A stretch of DNA of 64,000 nucleotides from Candidatus Bathyarchaeota archaeon (GCA_018396535.1 JAGTQC010000007.1:598-64597), one strand, 5' to 3'; positions 31,553-41,754 are shown, counted from the first letter of the stretch. The notes: generated from the letters alone by a model not told the origin. Numbers and translations are program-made.

Positions 31553-32584
31553 CTACCTCTTACAGACGAGGATCTCTCTAGTTAAGTTTCCATGAACCCT
31601 CTGAATATACTTCTCTATTATCACGAATCCAGCATCTTCTACTAGTCTTGATGCTTCGAATTCTATCGGAGACATAAAGCATAGGTAGCCACCTCGTCTA
31701 ATAGTATCGTATGCTTCACGGAGGAAGTCATCTATAAGCTTAACAGGATTTACACCTTTAGTGGATGAAGCTCTCCCATAGGGAGGATCTGTAACTATCC
31801 TATCGACGTTTGAAAATGGGATTCTACGTGCATCACCTCTTATAAGCCCATCGAAAACCAATCCATAACCCCTCAAATTACTCTCAGCTTTACGAATCAT
31901 ATCCATATCCATATCGATACCTGCAATCCTACAGCCTATTAAAGCAGCCTCTATCAATATACCACCGACACCGCAGAATACGTCTAGGAGGAAATCCCCA
32001 GCTTTAGCTCTAGATAGATTAACGAGACACCTAGCTATATCTGGCTGTAGGGTGGATGGATGGAGAGCTGGTCTACGTATAGGAATTCTATTCATAAATA
32101 ATTCTGTAAACTTAAGCCTAGATACCTGGATGCCTATATGAGCCAACCCAGAATCTAGGAAGCATACCACTATGTAATCTGGCTTCTCTAAGTCGACTCT
32201 GAAACCTCTTCGTCCGATAGCATCGCCAGCCGCCTCTTCTAAACGTCTAGATAAACCACGCATAGATGGATCTAGCCTCTCTGTATCAATTTTGAAACTT
32301 CTACCCTCCTCCATAAAGCTGGGGAAATCTATTCTCGATAGAGCATCTATGATAGAATCTGGATCTGCTCTACATGAAGCTATCCATAGGGCAATTCTTC
32401 TTACATAGCTACATCTCCTCTTCAAGGCTTCGATGGATGATTCATCTGCCTCTACTAACAGTAGCATTCTAGAATCTAGGATTACATCGTATGCTAACCC
32501 TTCAGCTTCTAGTACAGCTTTAACCTCAGCTTTAGGTAGTGAAGGATGCCACCCCGAAACTCTAATCAGGATCCTTCTATTCAT
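31553..32584 (-). CDS. THUMP-domain tRNA (guanine-N2)-methyltransferase (Trm14/TrmN-like)
   Basis: 343 aa. N-terminal THUMP-like region, SAM-binding motif LDVFCGVGGILIEAA, catalytic DPPYG. Confidence 0.6.
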   Translation of the reverse strand: MNRRILIRVSGWHPSLPKAEVKAVLEAEGLAYDVILDSRMLLLVEADESSIEALKRRCSYVRRIALWIASCRADPDSIIDALSRIDFPSFMEEGRSFKIDTERLDPSMRGLSRRLEEAAGDAIGRRGFRVDLEKPDYIVVCFLDSGLAHIGIQVSRLKFTELFMNRIPIRRPALHPSTLQPDIARCLVNLSRAKAGDFLLDVFCGVGGILIEAALIGCRIAGIDMDMDMIRKAESNLRGYGLVFDGLIRGDARRIPFSNVDRIVTDPPYGRASSTKGVNPVKLIDDFLREAYDTIRRGGYLCFMSPIEFEASRLVEDAGFVIIEKYIQRVHGNLTREILVCKR

Positions 32585-32631
32585 CCATCAATTTTCAAAC
32601 TAGGATTAGGGAGACTGATAAAGATGAGGAT

Positions 32632-33009
32632 TTGATCGAAAAACTTATACTAGATGAAATTCTAGGTCTATATCCGATGGTGAAGCGATCTAGTTTCAAA
32701 TGGGTGATATACACCTTTCTCATACTATGGATAGTAATGTATGCTTCAATATCGATTATGTTAACGATACTCTCGATATTAAGGATGCTATTACCGCAGC
32801 TAGGTGCTAATATAGATGTAGCGTTCATCAAGATACTCCTACCTGAGATGAATAATATACCGAGTATCCTATCCTTCTTCACACCTATCTTCGCTACGAT
32901 CTTCTCCATATCCTTCTTAATAGCTGGCTTTATAATGAATAGGAGGCATAGGTATGCCTGCTGCTATATCGCTGAAGCTTTAAAGAAGAGGTGCGATCAT
33001 CTAGATTAA
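32632..33009 (+). CDS. small hypothetical membrane protein (uncertain gene)
   Basis: 125 aa with 3 predicted TM helices. An overlapping minus-strand ORF (32595..32909) has a less protein-like composition, so the plus-strand ORF is preferred. No homology recognised. Confidence 0.25.
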   Translation: MIEKLILDEILGLYPMVKRSSFKWVIYTFLILWIVMYASISIMLTILSILRMLLPQLGANIDVAFIKILLPEMNNIPSILSFFTPIFATIFSISFLIAGFIMNRRHRYACCYIAEALKKRCDHLD

Positions 33010-33861
33010 CTATCTCTCGAAGAAACTTATGAAGCTTATATAACTTCTCTTAAATTTCACCTTAACATCCTCTATCCTTGCTCCTATCACTCTTATACTC
33101 CTAGGATCGCATACACCTAATCCTCTATTCTCAGCTTCTCTTAAATGAGGTACATCCATCGGATCTATACCCATAACCATAGACGCTACAGAATCGACAG
33201 CTACCGGATCTAAACCAGCTATAACTACACCCACCTTCACAGGTTGATGAGCTGTTTCATGAACCTCCCCTCCGATTATACCATCCACTACTGCTAGCCT
33301 AGGTTTAAGTAGCATAGCCAGATCCACTATCTTCGTATTAAGCCTACCATGCATAGCTCCCTTAGGCGATACGACACCCATAAGATTCTTAAGACTTAGA
33401 GTAACGACAGCTAGCCTGTGAACTTTAAGCTTCGGTACGCTAACTATAGCCGATTCTAGAGCTGTCTTAGCTATCCTAACCTTCTTCAAAGCTTTACCAC
33501 CATGTACATCCACTTCTACATACTCATCCATATTTAGATCGATTATATCGACTCCATACCTTTCAGCAATCTTATCTATCCCAGCTACTCTAAAAGCTTC
33601 CATAGTATCTGCAAACCCGCTCCCCTCCCCTATGATTATACGGTTAAACCCGGTATTCTTAAGATAACGTACTATACCTTCTACGATCCTAGCATCCGTG
33701 GTAACGCCTAAACTTGGATGGCTCGAATCTATATAGTTAGGTTTGATAAGTATCTTCTCACCAAGCTTAAATGCTTTAGAAGCATCTATAGCTTCTAAAG
33801 CCTCTATCGTAGCTTCGATAGGATCGTCAGACTTGATTATAGCGACTTCAGATACCCTCAT
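33010..33861 (-). CDS. DUF362-domain protein
   Basis: KILIKPNYI…GVTTDARIVEGIVRYLKNTG…IIGEGSG matches DUF362. I place the start at the internal Met (MRVSEVAIIK). The 351-aa ORF-track version would overlap the next gene and begins with an improbable hydrophobic leader. Confidence 0.5.
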   Translation of the reverse strand: MRVSEVAIIKSDDPIEATIEALEAIDASKAFKLGEKILIKPNYIDSSHPSLGVTTDARIVEGIVRYLKNTGFNRIIIGEGSGFADTMEAFRVAGIDKIAERYGVDIIDLNMDEYVEVDVHGGKALKKVRIAKTALESAIVSVPKLKVHRLAVVTLSLKNLMGVVSPKGAMHGRLNTKIVDLAMLLKPRLAVVDGIIGGEVHETAHQPVKVGVVIAGLDPVAVDSVASMVMGIDPMDVPHLREAENRGLGVCDPRSIRVIGARIEDVKVKFKRSYISFISFFER

Positions 33862-33957
33862 ACCTATTAAGCATGGTATATTCCTAGGATTACGTAAATA
33901 TATAGCTTCACCCTCCGATAGCTTAAAATAGCTTACGATATATATGTTCGTAGAGAT

Positions 33958-34809
33958 TTGTCTACATATACTCCACTTGAGATACGTCGAGGCTCTCAAG
34001 GAGATATAGCATACTACGATGTATACCCTGAGAAGCATAAGCTCATCATAGATATTCATCACCATTATCGTCCGCAGAAGGGTTTCGTAGAAACACTCTT
34101 AAAGGATATGGATGAAGCGGGTGTACATAAAGTATGTCTATTCTCATCTCCTCCACAGAATTATAGCGATATGGAGGATAGGGATTGGGGGAGGATATTC
34201 AGAGATTACGAGGATAGAATAATAGGCTTCGGTACGATTACACCTGGTAGATCTAGTAATAACTTCGAACTTGTAGATCAATACTATTCTAGAGGATTTA
34301 AAGGATTGAAATTCATTAGACCTACTCGTAGGTATGACCACGATGATTTCCTCGCTTACTATGAAAGAGCTGAGAAGTATGGTATGCCTGTATTATTCCA
34401 TACGGGTGTAGTCGCACGTAGATCGATTAATGAGAGTGAAGATGTAAGTTCAGCTTATATGCGTCCTGTATACCTTGATAGAATCGCTAGATTGTATCCT
34501 AGGCTTAAGATCGTAGCAGCACATATGGGTGATCCATGGTTTGGAGAAGCCTTCAATACTTCTCAGAAGAATCCTCTACTCTGGCTCGATATATCTGGTA
34601 AAGGTATATGGTTAAAGGCTAAAGCTATCAGAGAGCATTTATGGATAAGATTAAGGCCTGAGAAACTTGTCTTCGGATTAGATGAACCCTCCTCACAGTA
34701 TTTGAGACTAATACATACATGGGATACATTATTCTATGAGATGGGGATAGATCAGAAGACTAGGGATATGATATTCGGAGAGACAGCAGCTCAGATCCTA
34801 GGTCTATAG
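33958..34809 (+). CDS. amidohydrolase-2 family metal-dependent hydrolase (TIM barrel)
   Basis: 283 aa. N-terminal IIDIHHHY (HxH metal ligands), downstream HTG and HMGDPWF motifs. Confidence 0.5.
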   Translation: MSTYTPLEIRRGSQGDIAYYDVYPEKHKLIIDIHHHYRPQKGFVETLLKDMDEAGVHKVCLFSSPPQNYSDMEDRDWGRIFRDYEDRIIGFGTITPGRSSNNFELVDQYYSRGFKGLKFIRPTRRYDHDDFLAYYERAEKYGMPVLFHTGVVARRSINESEDVSSAYMRPVYLDRIARLYPRLKIVAAHMGDPWFGEAFNTSQKNPLLWLDISGKGIWLKAKAIREHLWIRLRPEKLVFGLDEPSSQYLRLIHTWDTLFYEMGIDQKTRDMIFGETAAQILGL

Positions 34810-34823
34810 GAATCGATCATTCA

Positions 34824-35525
34824 TCAAGGTATACTCTTCTTTACACCAACCCTTATTATCCTTATACAGTAGTGTGGATCATTCCAGAGGTTTCTATGCG
34901 AAACCTTAGGATTCTGAGGATGGCCTATAGGATCTGGATTCCAATCAACCTCCATACTGGATCCAGCCATTATGGTAATCTTCTTTGATGGAGGTATCTC
35001 GAAGTGAGCAGAACTTAATCCTGCTCTACGGAAGCCTTCATCGACTCCAGCTCTCCATAGATCTCCGAGTATATGCTCGCCCCATAATCCATCTATCCTC
35101 ATCTTAACACCAGTCCTAGGATACTTCCACTCTATTGGCTCCGCATAGAGTAGTATATAGCCTGGAGCTACGCATGCACTCCCGATAACCGTTACGTTAA
35201 CTATCGGTTCATCCTCGATTATAGTTATAGCTCCAAATGGTGGTATATCGAGTTCTACTCCATCTGTATTAACTTCAGCTCCAGAACCCTCCCTTCCAAG
35301 CTCGACTATAACGTTTGGATAGTTGAACGGAGCCCAATACTCATGCACCTCTACTATATACCTTTCCACTTTTTGCTCAACTCCACTCCTATATAGCTTT
35401 AAGACTTCAAGCTCATCCTCCGTCATTCTTCCAGGGATTCTACGAGGATTACGAGTAGGAGCACGTACATCCTCACTAGATAGGTATGTTATAGGCATAT
35501 ATCCCCACCTCTGATAGTATATCAA
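34824..35525 (-). CDS. conserved hypothetical protein
   Basis: 233 aa, globular, no family recognised. Its promoter region faces the radical SAM gene divergently. Confidence 0.4.
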   Translation of the reverse strand: MIYYQRWGYMPITYLSSEDVRAPTRNPRRIPGRMTEDELEVLKLYRSGVEQKVERYIVEVHEYWAPFNYPNVIVELGREGSGAEVNTDGVELDIPPFGAITIIEDEPIVNVTVIGSACVAPGYILLYAEPIEWKYPRTGVKMRIDGLWGEHILGDLWRAGVDEGFRRAGLSSAHFEIPPSKKITIMAGSSMEVDWNPDPIGHPQNPKVSHRNLWNDPHYCIRIIRVGVKKSIP

Positions 35526-35616
35526 TTCCTATCTAGATTTAAGCTAGATTCATTCATCGATATACGCTACGCAAACGTTTAATTTTAGAGAAGCATCGTA
35601 TATTCTCGGTGGTAGA

Positions 35617-36666
35617 TTGAAGGAGGCTATGCTCTATGAATCGCTAAGCGATGGTAGTACTAGGTGCAACTTATGCTCTCGTAGATGTACTATCCCCTTA
35701 GGCTCTGTAGGCTTTTGTCGAGTTAGGAAGAATATAGATGGAAAATTGTATAGTCTAGTATACGGTAAGGTTTGTAGTATAGCTGTGGATCCGATAATGA
35801 AGAAACCACTATACCATTTCTACCCCGGCTCCTCTGTCTTAAGTCTAGCTACAGTCGGATGTAATTTTAGATGTAGATTCTGCGATAACTGGGTTATAAG
35901 TCAGGAGAAGGATATAAAAGGTAGAGAAATTACGCCAGAGCGTATAGTCGATATAGCTTTAGAATATGCTTGCGAAGGTATAAGCTATACCTATACAGAG
36001 CCGACAATATTCTTTGAATTAACATACGATACAGCTAGGATAGCTAGGGATAAGGGATTATTCAATACTTACGTAACAAACGGGTATATGACTAGAGAGG
36101 CTATCGAATGTATAGCTCCATACCTGAACGCAGCTACAGTAGATTTCAAAGGCGGGGGGAATCCTGAATTCTATAAAAAGTACATGTTAGTCCCATCGGT
36201 AGATCCTATATATGAAGCACTCGAAGCTATGAAGAAGCATGGTATACATATAGAGATAACAAATCTTATGGTTACAAAATACGGTGATAATCTTGATGAT
36301 ATTAGAAGGCTAGCTGAATGGGTAAGCGAGAATCTAGGTAGGGATACAGTATTCCATATACTTAGATTCCATCCAGATTATGAGATGCTGGATGTTCCAT
36401 CTACACCTATAAGATCTATGGAGGAAGCCTATAGGGTAGCTAGAGATGAAGGGTTAAACTATGTATATCTAGGTAATGTACCTGGGCATCCATATGAGGA
36501 TACATACTGTCCTAGATGCGGTTTGAAGGTTATAGATAGGTTTGGCTTCGATATAGTGAGTTGGAAGCTTAAGGAAGGTAATATATGTCCAGAGTGCGGT
36601 TGTAAAATAGCTATAGTCGGCGGATATAAACCTGGAGGGCAGAGCTATCCATTCGGTATATTATAG
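35617..36666 (+). CDS. AmmeMemoRadiSam-system radical SAM enzyme (PflA-like activase family)
   Basis: 349 aa. An N-terminal Cys cluster (CNLCSRRC…FCRV) plus the canonical radical-SAM CNFRCRFCDNW (CxxxCxxC), as in the AmmeMemoRadiSam family. Confidence 0.7.
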   Translation: MKEAMLYESLSDGSTRCNLCSRRCTIPLGSVGFCRVRKNIDGKLYSLVYGKVCSIAVDPIMKKPLYHFYPGSSVLSLATVGCNFRCRFCDNWVISQEKDIKGREITPERIVDIALEYACEGISYTYTEPTIFFELTYDTARIARDKGLFNTYVTNGYMTREAIECIAPYLNAATVDFKGGGNPEFYKKYMLVPSVDPIYEALEAMKKHGIHIEITNLMVTKYGDNLDDIRRLAEWVSENLGRDTVFHILRFHPDYEMLDVPSTPIRSMEEAYRVARDEGLNYVYLGNVPGHPYEDTYCPRCGLKVIDRFGFDIVSWKLKEGNICPECGCKIAIVGGYKPGGQSYPFGIL

Positions 36667-36676
36667 GTTAGTATAA

Positions 36677-37480
36677 TCATTCGAGAGGAGACCAGGTAGA
36701 ATAACCTTCTGAAACCCTTCTACGATACTTCTCCAATACATCTTGTACAAAACGATCCTCCCTAACCATCCTATAGATCCCAGCTATCCTCTTAATCCAT
36801 TGCTCAACTAAAATCTCCCCCTTATCTCTGGAAGCTCTTCTAGGATCTCCGAGATATGCTTCTAAAGCATATCCAACCCAATCTACATTCGTCTCTACAT
36901 TCTGAATTGGTGTAGATACGCCTATCCTAGCCTCCCTCTCTACATAATCTAGCTTAACTAGTTGTGGAGCTATATACAGTATGATGCTAGTCTCTATCTC
37001 ACATGCATGCCCTATAAGCTCTGTTTCCCTTAACTCTTCTATCTCCTTCCTAATAGGCGACCATGGATCTACCACTATGTACAAGCATATATCCATACAC
37101 TTATCCAGTATATCCCTAGATAAGAGTCGGAGAATCCTAGTATTACCACCATGACCATTCAATACTACTATCTTCCTAAACCCATTCCTATAAACCTCCA
37201 TACATACCTCTCTCAATAGGCTTAAGATGGTGTCAGCAGATATGGAGATAGTGCCTGGGAAATGCTTACTTTCGGGTGCATAACCATAGGCTATGGGTGG
37301 TAGGATTATAGCATCTTCTAATTCTGAAGCTTTAACAGCGATCCAGTATATCGAGAGTATATCGGTACCAAGAGGTAGGTGCGGTCCATGTACCTCTATA
37401 CTACCTATAGGTATAACTACAGGTATGCTTCTATCCATATCAGCTAGATCTTTAGAAGTTAAATCCTCCCACTTAACCAT
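36677..37480 (-). CDS. creatininase-family amidohydrolase (archaeal ArfB-like)
   Basis: 267 aa. Creatininase-family motifs IPIGSIEVHGPHLPLGTD and VVLNGHGGN. Confidence 0.65.
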   Translation of the reverse strand: MVKWEDLTSKDLADMDRSIPVVIPIGSIEVHGPHLPLGTDILSIYWIAVKASELEDAIILPPIAYGYAPESKHFPGTISISADTILSLLREVCMEVYRNGFRKIVVLNGHGGNTRILRLLSRDILDKCMDICLYIVVDPWSPIRKEIEELRETELIGHACEIETSIILYIAPQLVKLDYVEREARIGVSTPIQNVETNVDWVGYALEAYLGDPRRASRDKGEILVEQWIKRIAGIYRMVREDRFVQDVLEKYRRRVSEGYSTWSPLE

Positions 37481-37506
37481 GATAAAACCATTATCTCCTA
37501 AAGATA

Positions 37507-37737
37507 TTAAGCCTTTTTAGAATCCTCTACCGGTAATCTATCCATACTCTCGATATACGTTCTAAGAGCTTCTATATTCTCCCTTCTCACAGTTTTTCGT
37601 CTCCTATCTACTGCTATCCCTAAACGTCTGGCTTTATCTATACTTAACCCTACTTCAGCTAACTCTCCCAGACTGAATCCTCTACCGATTCTAAAGGTCT
37701 TTCTACCAGGACTCTTAACTATAGGCCTCTTCATCAC
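37507..37737 (-). CDS. rpl13e: 50S ribosomal protein L13e
   Basis: 76 aa, basic. GRGFSLGEL…ARRLGIAVDRRR matches the archaeal L13e signature. Confidence 0.6.
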   Translation of the reverse strand: MMKRPIVKSPGRKTFRIGRGFSLGELAEVGLSIDKARRLGIAVDRRRKTVRRENIEALRTYIESMDRLPVEDSKKA

Positions 37738-37821
37738 CCTTCACCTTAAGAGGAAGGGATAACGATATCTAAGCTAGCTAAATATAAACACCTAGCTTCG
37801 ATCGATACTAGAATGATTTAA

Positions 37822-38109
37822 CTACTTTATAACTGTAAGCTTCCCGTATCTGCCTACGTTAAGTTGAAGTTGTCCTCTAAAATAGTTTGTATAACCATTC
37901 TCTACTCTAATCCTATCCCCGACGCTAACCATATCGATATTATCTCCCCATAATACAAGCTGTATAGAGCCTGAATCATCCTTAAGCTCTGCTGTAGCTA
38001 CAGAAGTTACACCATATCTTGTATTAACGGTTTTAGGTTCCGTTATACTTGTTATAAGACCTTCGACTGTAACCCTTCTCATACCCTGTTTAACATCTGC
38101 TATCCTCAT
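37822..38109 (-). CDS. OB-fold nucleic-acid-binding protein (SSB/RPA-like single OB domain)
   Basis: 95 aa with the beta-barrel pattern (…GLITSI…TAELKDDSGSIQLVLWG…GDRIRVENGY). Confidence 0.45.
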   Translation of the reverse strand: MRIADVKQGMRRVTVEGLITSITEPKTVNTRYGVTSVATAELKDDSGSIQLVLWGDNIDMVSVGDRIRVENGYTNYFRGQLQLNVGRYGKLTVIK

Positions 38110-38236
38110 AACCAGATCAAACCTATCTAGAAGGCATGTTTAAATGTATATAAACGTTATCCTACTCTATGGGTGCAAAACCTTAATAAGAACCCATTTA
38201 GGATTATAGATTATTGAAATTTAAGGGTGTCGATCT

Positions 38237-39187
38237 ATGGATCTAATTAAATTAAAGTTATCGATGTTAGGTACTATAGCTGTGATAATAGGTTTATCAA
38301 CGTTATTCCTAGCTCTAATACTATCCCTAGCTGGTGTAGATATACTTCTACTACCGATATTCGTTATAGCGTTTAATATAGTACAATGGCTTATAGCACC
38401 ATATCTAATCGATACTCTCTATAGAGTTAGAGAATTACCTGAATCAGAGCTTCCATGGCTTCATAGATCTGTCGAGAAGCTTAGCATAGCTAGCGGTATA
38501 AAGAAACCAAAGGTTATGATAGCTCAGATACCTATACCTAACGCCTTCGCCTATGGTTCACCGATAGCCGGAATCCGTGTCGCGGTGACAAGTAAGCTTC
38601 TAGAAATACTAGAACCAGAGGAGGTTGAGGCGGTTATAGGGCATGAGCTAGGTCATCTTAAGCATAGGGATGTACAGGTTATGATGATAGCTTCCGTACT
38701 TCCAGCTATATTCTACTATATAGGCTATAGCTTCATGCTATCATACTACTATAGAGGATCTTACGGAAGGGAACGTGGAGGTAATGGGTTGATAGCCCTC
38801 ATAGGTATACTATCCATATTCATATACTACATACTATCCCTACTAGTATTGGGTTTAAGCCGTTTGAGAGAATACTATGCAGATAGGCATAGTGCTTCGA
38901 TAGTGGATCATGGAGCATCTAAATTGGCATCAGCCTTAGCTAAACTCGTAACGTATACGAGTAGGATACCTCGTGAAAAGATGGAGGGCTTCCTAAGCTT
39001 CCGTGCATTATTCATAACAGATCCGAGTAGAGCTCAGAGTGATGCTGAAGAGTTAAGGTATGGTAGAAGCTTAGCTGAATCGATAGCTTCAAGAGAGATT
39101 ACATGGGTCGATAGATTCCTAGAATTATTCTCAACTCACCCCAATATAGTTAAGAGGATTAGAACGCTTTTACAGCTGGAAAGCTAG
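38237..39187 (+). CDS. htpX: HtpX-like M48 zinc metalloprotease
   Basis: 316 aa. TM helices flank the HELGHLKHRD zinc-binding motif, with a downstream glutamate. Confidence 0.8.
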   Translation: MDLIKLKLSMLGTIAVIIGLSTLFLALILSLAGVDILLLPIFVIAFNIVQWLIAPYLIDTLYRVRELPESELPWLHRSVEKLSIASGIKKPKVMIAQIPIPNAFAYGSPIAGIRVAVTSKLLEILEPEEVEAVIGHELGHLKHRDVQVMMIASVLPAIFYYIGYSFMLSYYYRGSYGRERGGNGLIALIGILSIFIYYILSLLVLGLSRLREYYADRHSASIVDHGASKLASALAKLVTYTSRIPREKMEGFLSFRALFITDPSRAQSDAEELRYGRSLAESIASREITWVDRFLELFSTHPNIVKRIRTLLQLES

Positions 39188-39243
39188 CATCCTCGATTAG
39201 AGTATACCCTATATGGTGGTAGAGGATTAAGCACCCTTAATAC

Positions 39244-41754
39244 TTATCTATCCAATACTTCGATAGCTGGTTTATTCATGTTGATCCATGCATCTTTAGC
39301 TGTAATCTTTGCTTTCCTAGGATATTCCTCTACCTCCACCTCTACTGCGACCGGGAATGGTATCAGTGAACCTAGACCCCAGAATAATGCTTCATGATCA
39401 GCTAATCCTGGTAGATAGTCTGACAATCTCTCATTACTATATTCTGTATATTTGAGTATCGCTTCTTGATCGTTTCCACTCATAAGTCTAAAACATGCTA
39501 TCGTATTACACTGCGATATTATCGACTTAGATATATACGCTGGCCTCTGTGTTATAAATATGAATCCTACATTATACCCTCCAGCTTGACTTACAGCTTC
39601 TATCAATTCCTTATCCACACCGATCTTTTCAGGATTACCTACCTCTATCTTCAATCCTTTCTCCGGTGTGAAGTATTGTGCCTCCTCTATAACGAATATG
39701 ACGGCGAAATCCCCTTCATCCCTTCTACTTAGAGCATAGTCTACAACCCTGGATACTATATGGCGTACAGTTATATGCTGAGCATCTATATCCGTATCTA
39801 TAGATAGATCTACTATGACGATCGGTGTTGCTCTACATACATCCACTATATCTATATACTCGTATCCCTCATCAAGGAAATCACCCCTCCTCTCTAGAGC
39901 CCAGCGTATAAGATTCAAATTATAACTATTACTACGACTACTAATCATCGGAGCTATACGATTAACCTCTCTGAGTAGAGATGATCTATTAACATCTTCA
40001 CCCCTAGCTTTCAGCGATTCTATAGCTTCAGTTATTAAGCGGCCTGCAGAGGATGATGGATCTAGGTTTAATCTAGATGCTATAAGCTTACCCTTTAGCA
40101 TAGCTGATTTAGGTAGGAATAATCTGTATGGATAGATTTTCCCACCAAACTTAGTTAGAGCTGTATACTCGCATCTACGGTCTAGAATTATAAATCTAGG
40201 CTGAGGCTCCATCTTAGAAGCCTTAGCTATAAGACTAACTACGAAGCTAGATTTACCACTACGAGTATTATGACAGAAAACCCCACCTAAACCTGCCACG
40301 AAATTTTCATAGCTAGGAATGGATAGATCATATACAAATTCGTAGTCGTAGTCTACTAAATCTATCTTCGATATCCTAACTAGAGCTAGATCGCTTTGAA
40401 AGGGTTCACGATCGTATCCGTTAGTTATAAGCTTAAGATAGGATATCTCCGATACTAGCTTTTCGCTACGTATTAAACCTAAGCTTAGAAGTTGGGTTAG
40501 AGTTTCGAGAAGTGATCTGAGGATAGGAGGTTTAACGTTGAAGAGTAGTGTAGGTATATGTGGACTGTCATCTGAAGGTTTTATACTATTAAAGAATGAA
40601 CTTAACGCCCTATTCTTCAACTTGACCTCTATGTATTCACGTAAATAATCGATAGAGAAATCATAGATAGGTATAATCGATCTAATGTTAGATACTATCG
40701 ATATTACATCATCGTATACATGTCTCGGTATTCTGAAGATAACCTCATCTAGAGTACTATACCCGAATACGATATAGTATGCTATCATTCTAGCGATATC
40801 TTCGTTTAAAGCTATCTTAAGCTGTATACATCTATCTTCGCTATACGTATAAGCTAAATCTAAAGACTCTATATACGATGCTGGTCTAGGTATGAATAGA
40901 GGTACCAGTATAGGATCACCCGGCTTTAGATTATAAGCTTCTATAGCCTCTATCCTCGAATCCCTCATAGTAAAGACAGAGTGGGAAGGTGTAACCGTTA
41001 CTACACGTCCATCCTCAAGTTGTATCCTAATCATAGGTCCGCTATACCTATGCCTTACAACGCTTCTCACAGGGCGCCATTCTAACCTAAGAGTTTCTGG
41101 ATTAAACGCTGGGACATAAACTTCCTCATTCAACTCTATCTCACCTTCAGAATCGTTATTAAAGAATCTATCTACAAAGCACCCTATCTCCTCTACTCTA
41201 ACCTCCCCTCTAAGCATGTATACGATAGGCTCCCAGTACGCTACACTCATACCAGCCACGAACATATGCCCTTTAGCTATAGAATTGAGGTCGAGATATA
41301 TCGGAACATCAGACCCCTTCAACTTACCTATGCGTATCGGGAAGCAATCCCTTCTACCGCTCTTCGTTATTTCCATATAGAATTCTTGTAGTTCATATGG
41401 TTCAGGCTGGTATACTGGATCCCATGTTCCAGGTGCACATTCTAACCTAACCCACTTCCCATCACTACGTATATAGCCTAACGCTTCTGCGAAGGCTACA
41501 TCATACTCTAATCCTTTACCATACTGAGCCTTCTCCCCCTTCTTACCAGCTATAGGTCCAAATCCGCCTAACCCCATCTCAGGATTATATGGGGTTACTT
41601 TGAATACCCTAAGAAGAACGGGCGTGAATGTGTCACCGCTTAATGGATGTTTAATAAAGTAATATCCGTTAACTACGACTTTATACCCTTCTCTAACTAC
41701 GAACGGTATTACCTTCTGATCGCATCCAGATAGTACATAGCCAATTTCGATCAA
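39244..41754 (-). CDS. herA: HerA-family (DUF87) hexameric ATPase/helicase carrying an intein in its Walker A P-loop
   Basis: 836 aa. N-terminal HAS-barrel, then KGHMFVAGM, then the intein, then TRSGKSSFVVSLIAK (split P-loop). Walker B-like VIFVIEEAQYF and the HerA C-terminal block GFIFITQRPAYISKSIISQCNT. The extein totals about 509 aa, which is HerA-sized. Confidence 0.8.
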   Translation of the reverse strand: MIEIGYVLSGCDQKVIPFVVREGYKVVVNGYYFIKHPLSGDTFTPVLLRVFKVTPYNPEMGLGGFGPIAGKKGEKAQYGKGLEYDVAFAEALGYIRSDGKWVRLECAPGTWDPVYQPEPYELQEFYMEITKSGRRDCFPIRIGKLKGSDVPIYLDLNSIAKGHMFVAGMSVAYWEPIVYMLRGEVRVEEIGCFVDRFFNNDSEGEIELNEEVYVPAFNPETLRLEWRPVRSVVRHRYSGPMIRIQLEDGRVVTVTPSHSVFTMRDSRIEAIEAYNLKPGDPILVPLFIPRPASYIESLDLAYTYSEDRCIQLKIALNEDIARMIAYYIVFGYSTLDEVIFRIPRHVYDDVISIVSNIRSIIPIYDFSIDYLREYIEVKLKNRALSSFFNSIKPSDDSPHIPTLLFNVKPPILRSLLETLTQLLSLGLIRSEKLVSEISYLKLITNGYDREPFQSDLALVRISKIDLVDYDYEFVYDLSIPSYENFVAGLGGVFCHNTRSGKSSFVVSLIAKASKMEPQPRFIILDRRCEYTALTKFGGKIYPYRLFLPKSAMLKGKLIASRLNLDPSSSAGRLITEAIESLKARGEDVNRSSLLREVNRIAPMISSRSNSYNLNLIRWALERRGDFLDEGYEYIDIVDVCRATPIVIVDLSIDTDIDAQHITVRHIVSRVVDYALSRRDEGDFAVIFVIEEAQYFTPEKGLKIEVGNPEKIGVDKELIEAVSQAGGYNVGFIFITQRPAYISKSIISQCNTIACFRLMSGNDQEAILKYTEYSNERLSDYLPGLADHEALFWGLGSLIPFPVAVEVEVEEYPRKAKITAKDAWINMNKPAIEVLDR
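40267..41247 (-). mobile_element. intein (~327 aa) with a degenerate LAGLIDADG-like endonuclease region, inserted between the G and T of the HerA P-loop
   Basis: N-terminal block-A-like SVAYWEPIVYMLRGEVRVEEIG. Block B DGRVVTVTPSHSVF. C-terminal blocks F/G DYEFVYDLSIPSYENFVAGLGGVFCHN, followed by Thr as the +1 extein residue. The central region IAYYIVFGYST…LSLGLIRSEK looks like decayed LAGLIDADG motifs. An alternative N boundary is the Cys in IGCFVDRFF (about 305 aa). Confidence 0.7.

Noticed and set aside
32595-32909. 104-aa minus-strand ORF
   Set aside because: It overlaps the plus-strand membrane-protein ORF, has an Ile/Ser-rich low-complexity composition, and has no recognisable domain. 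The plus-strand ORF is more protein-like, but neither is certain.
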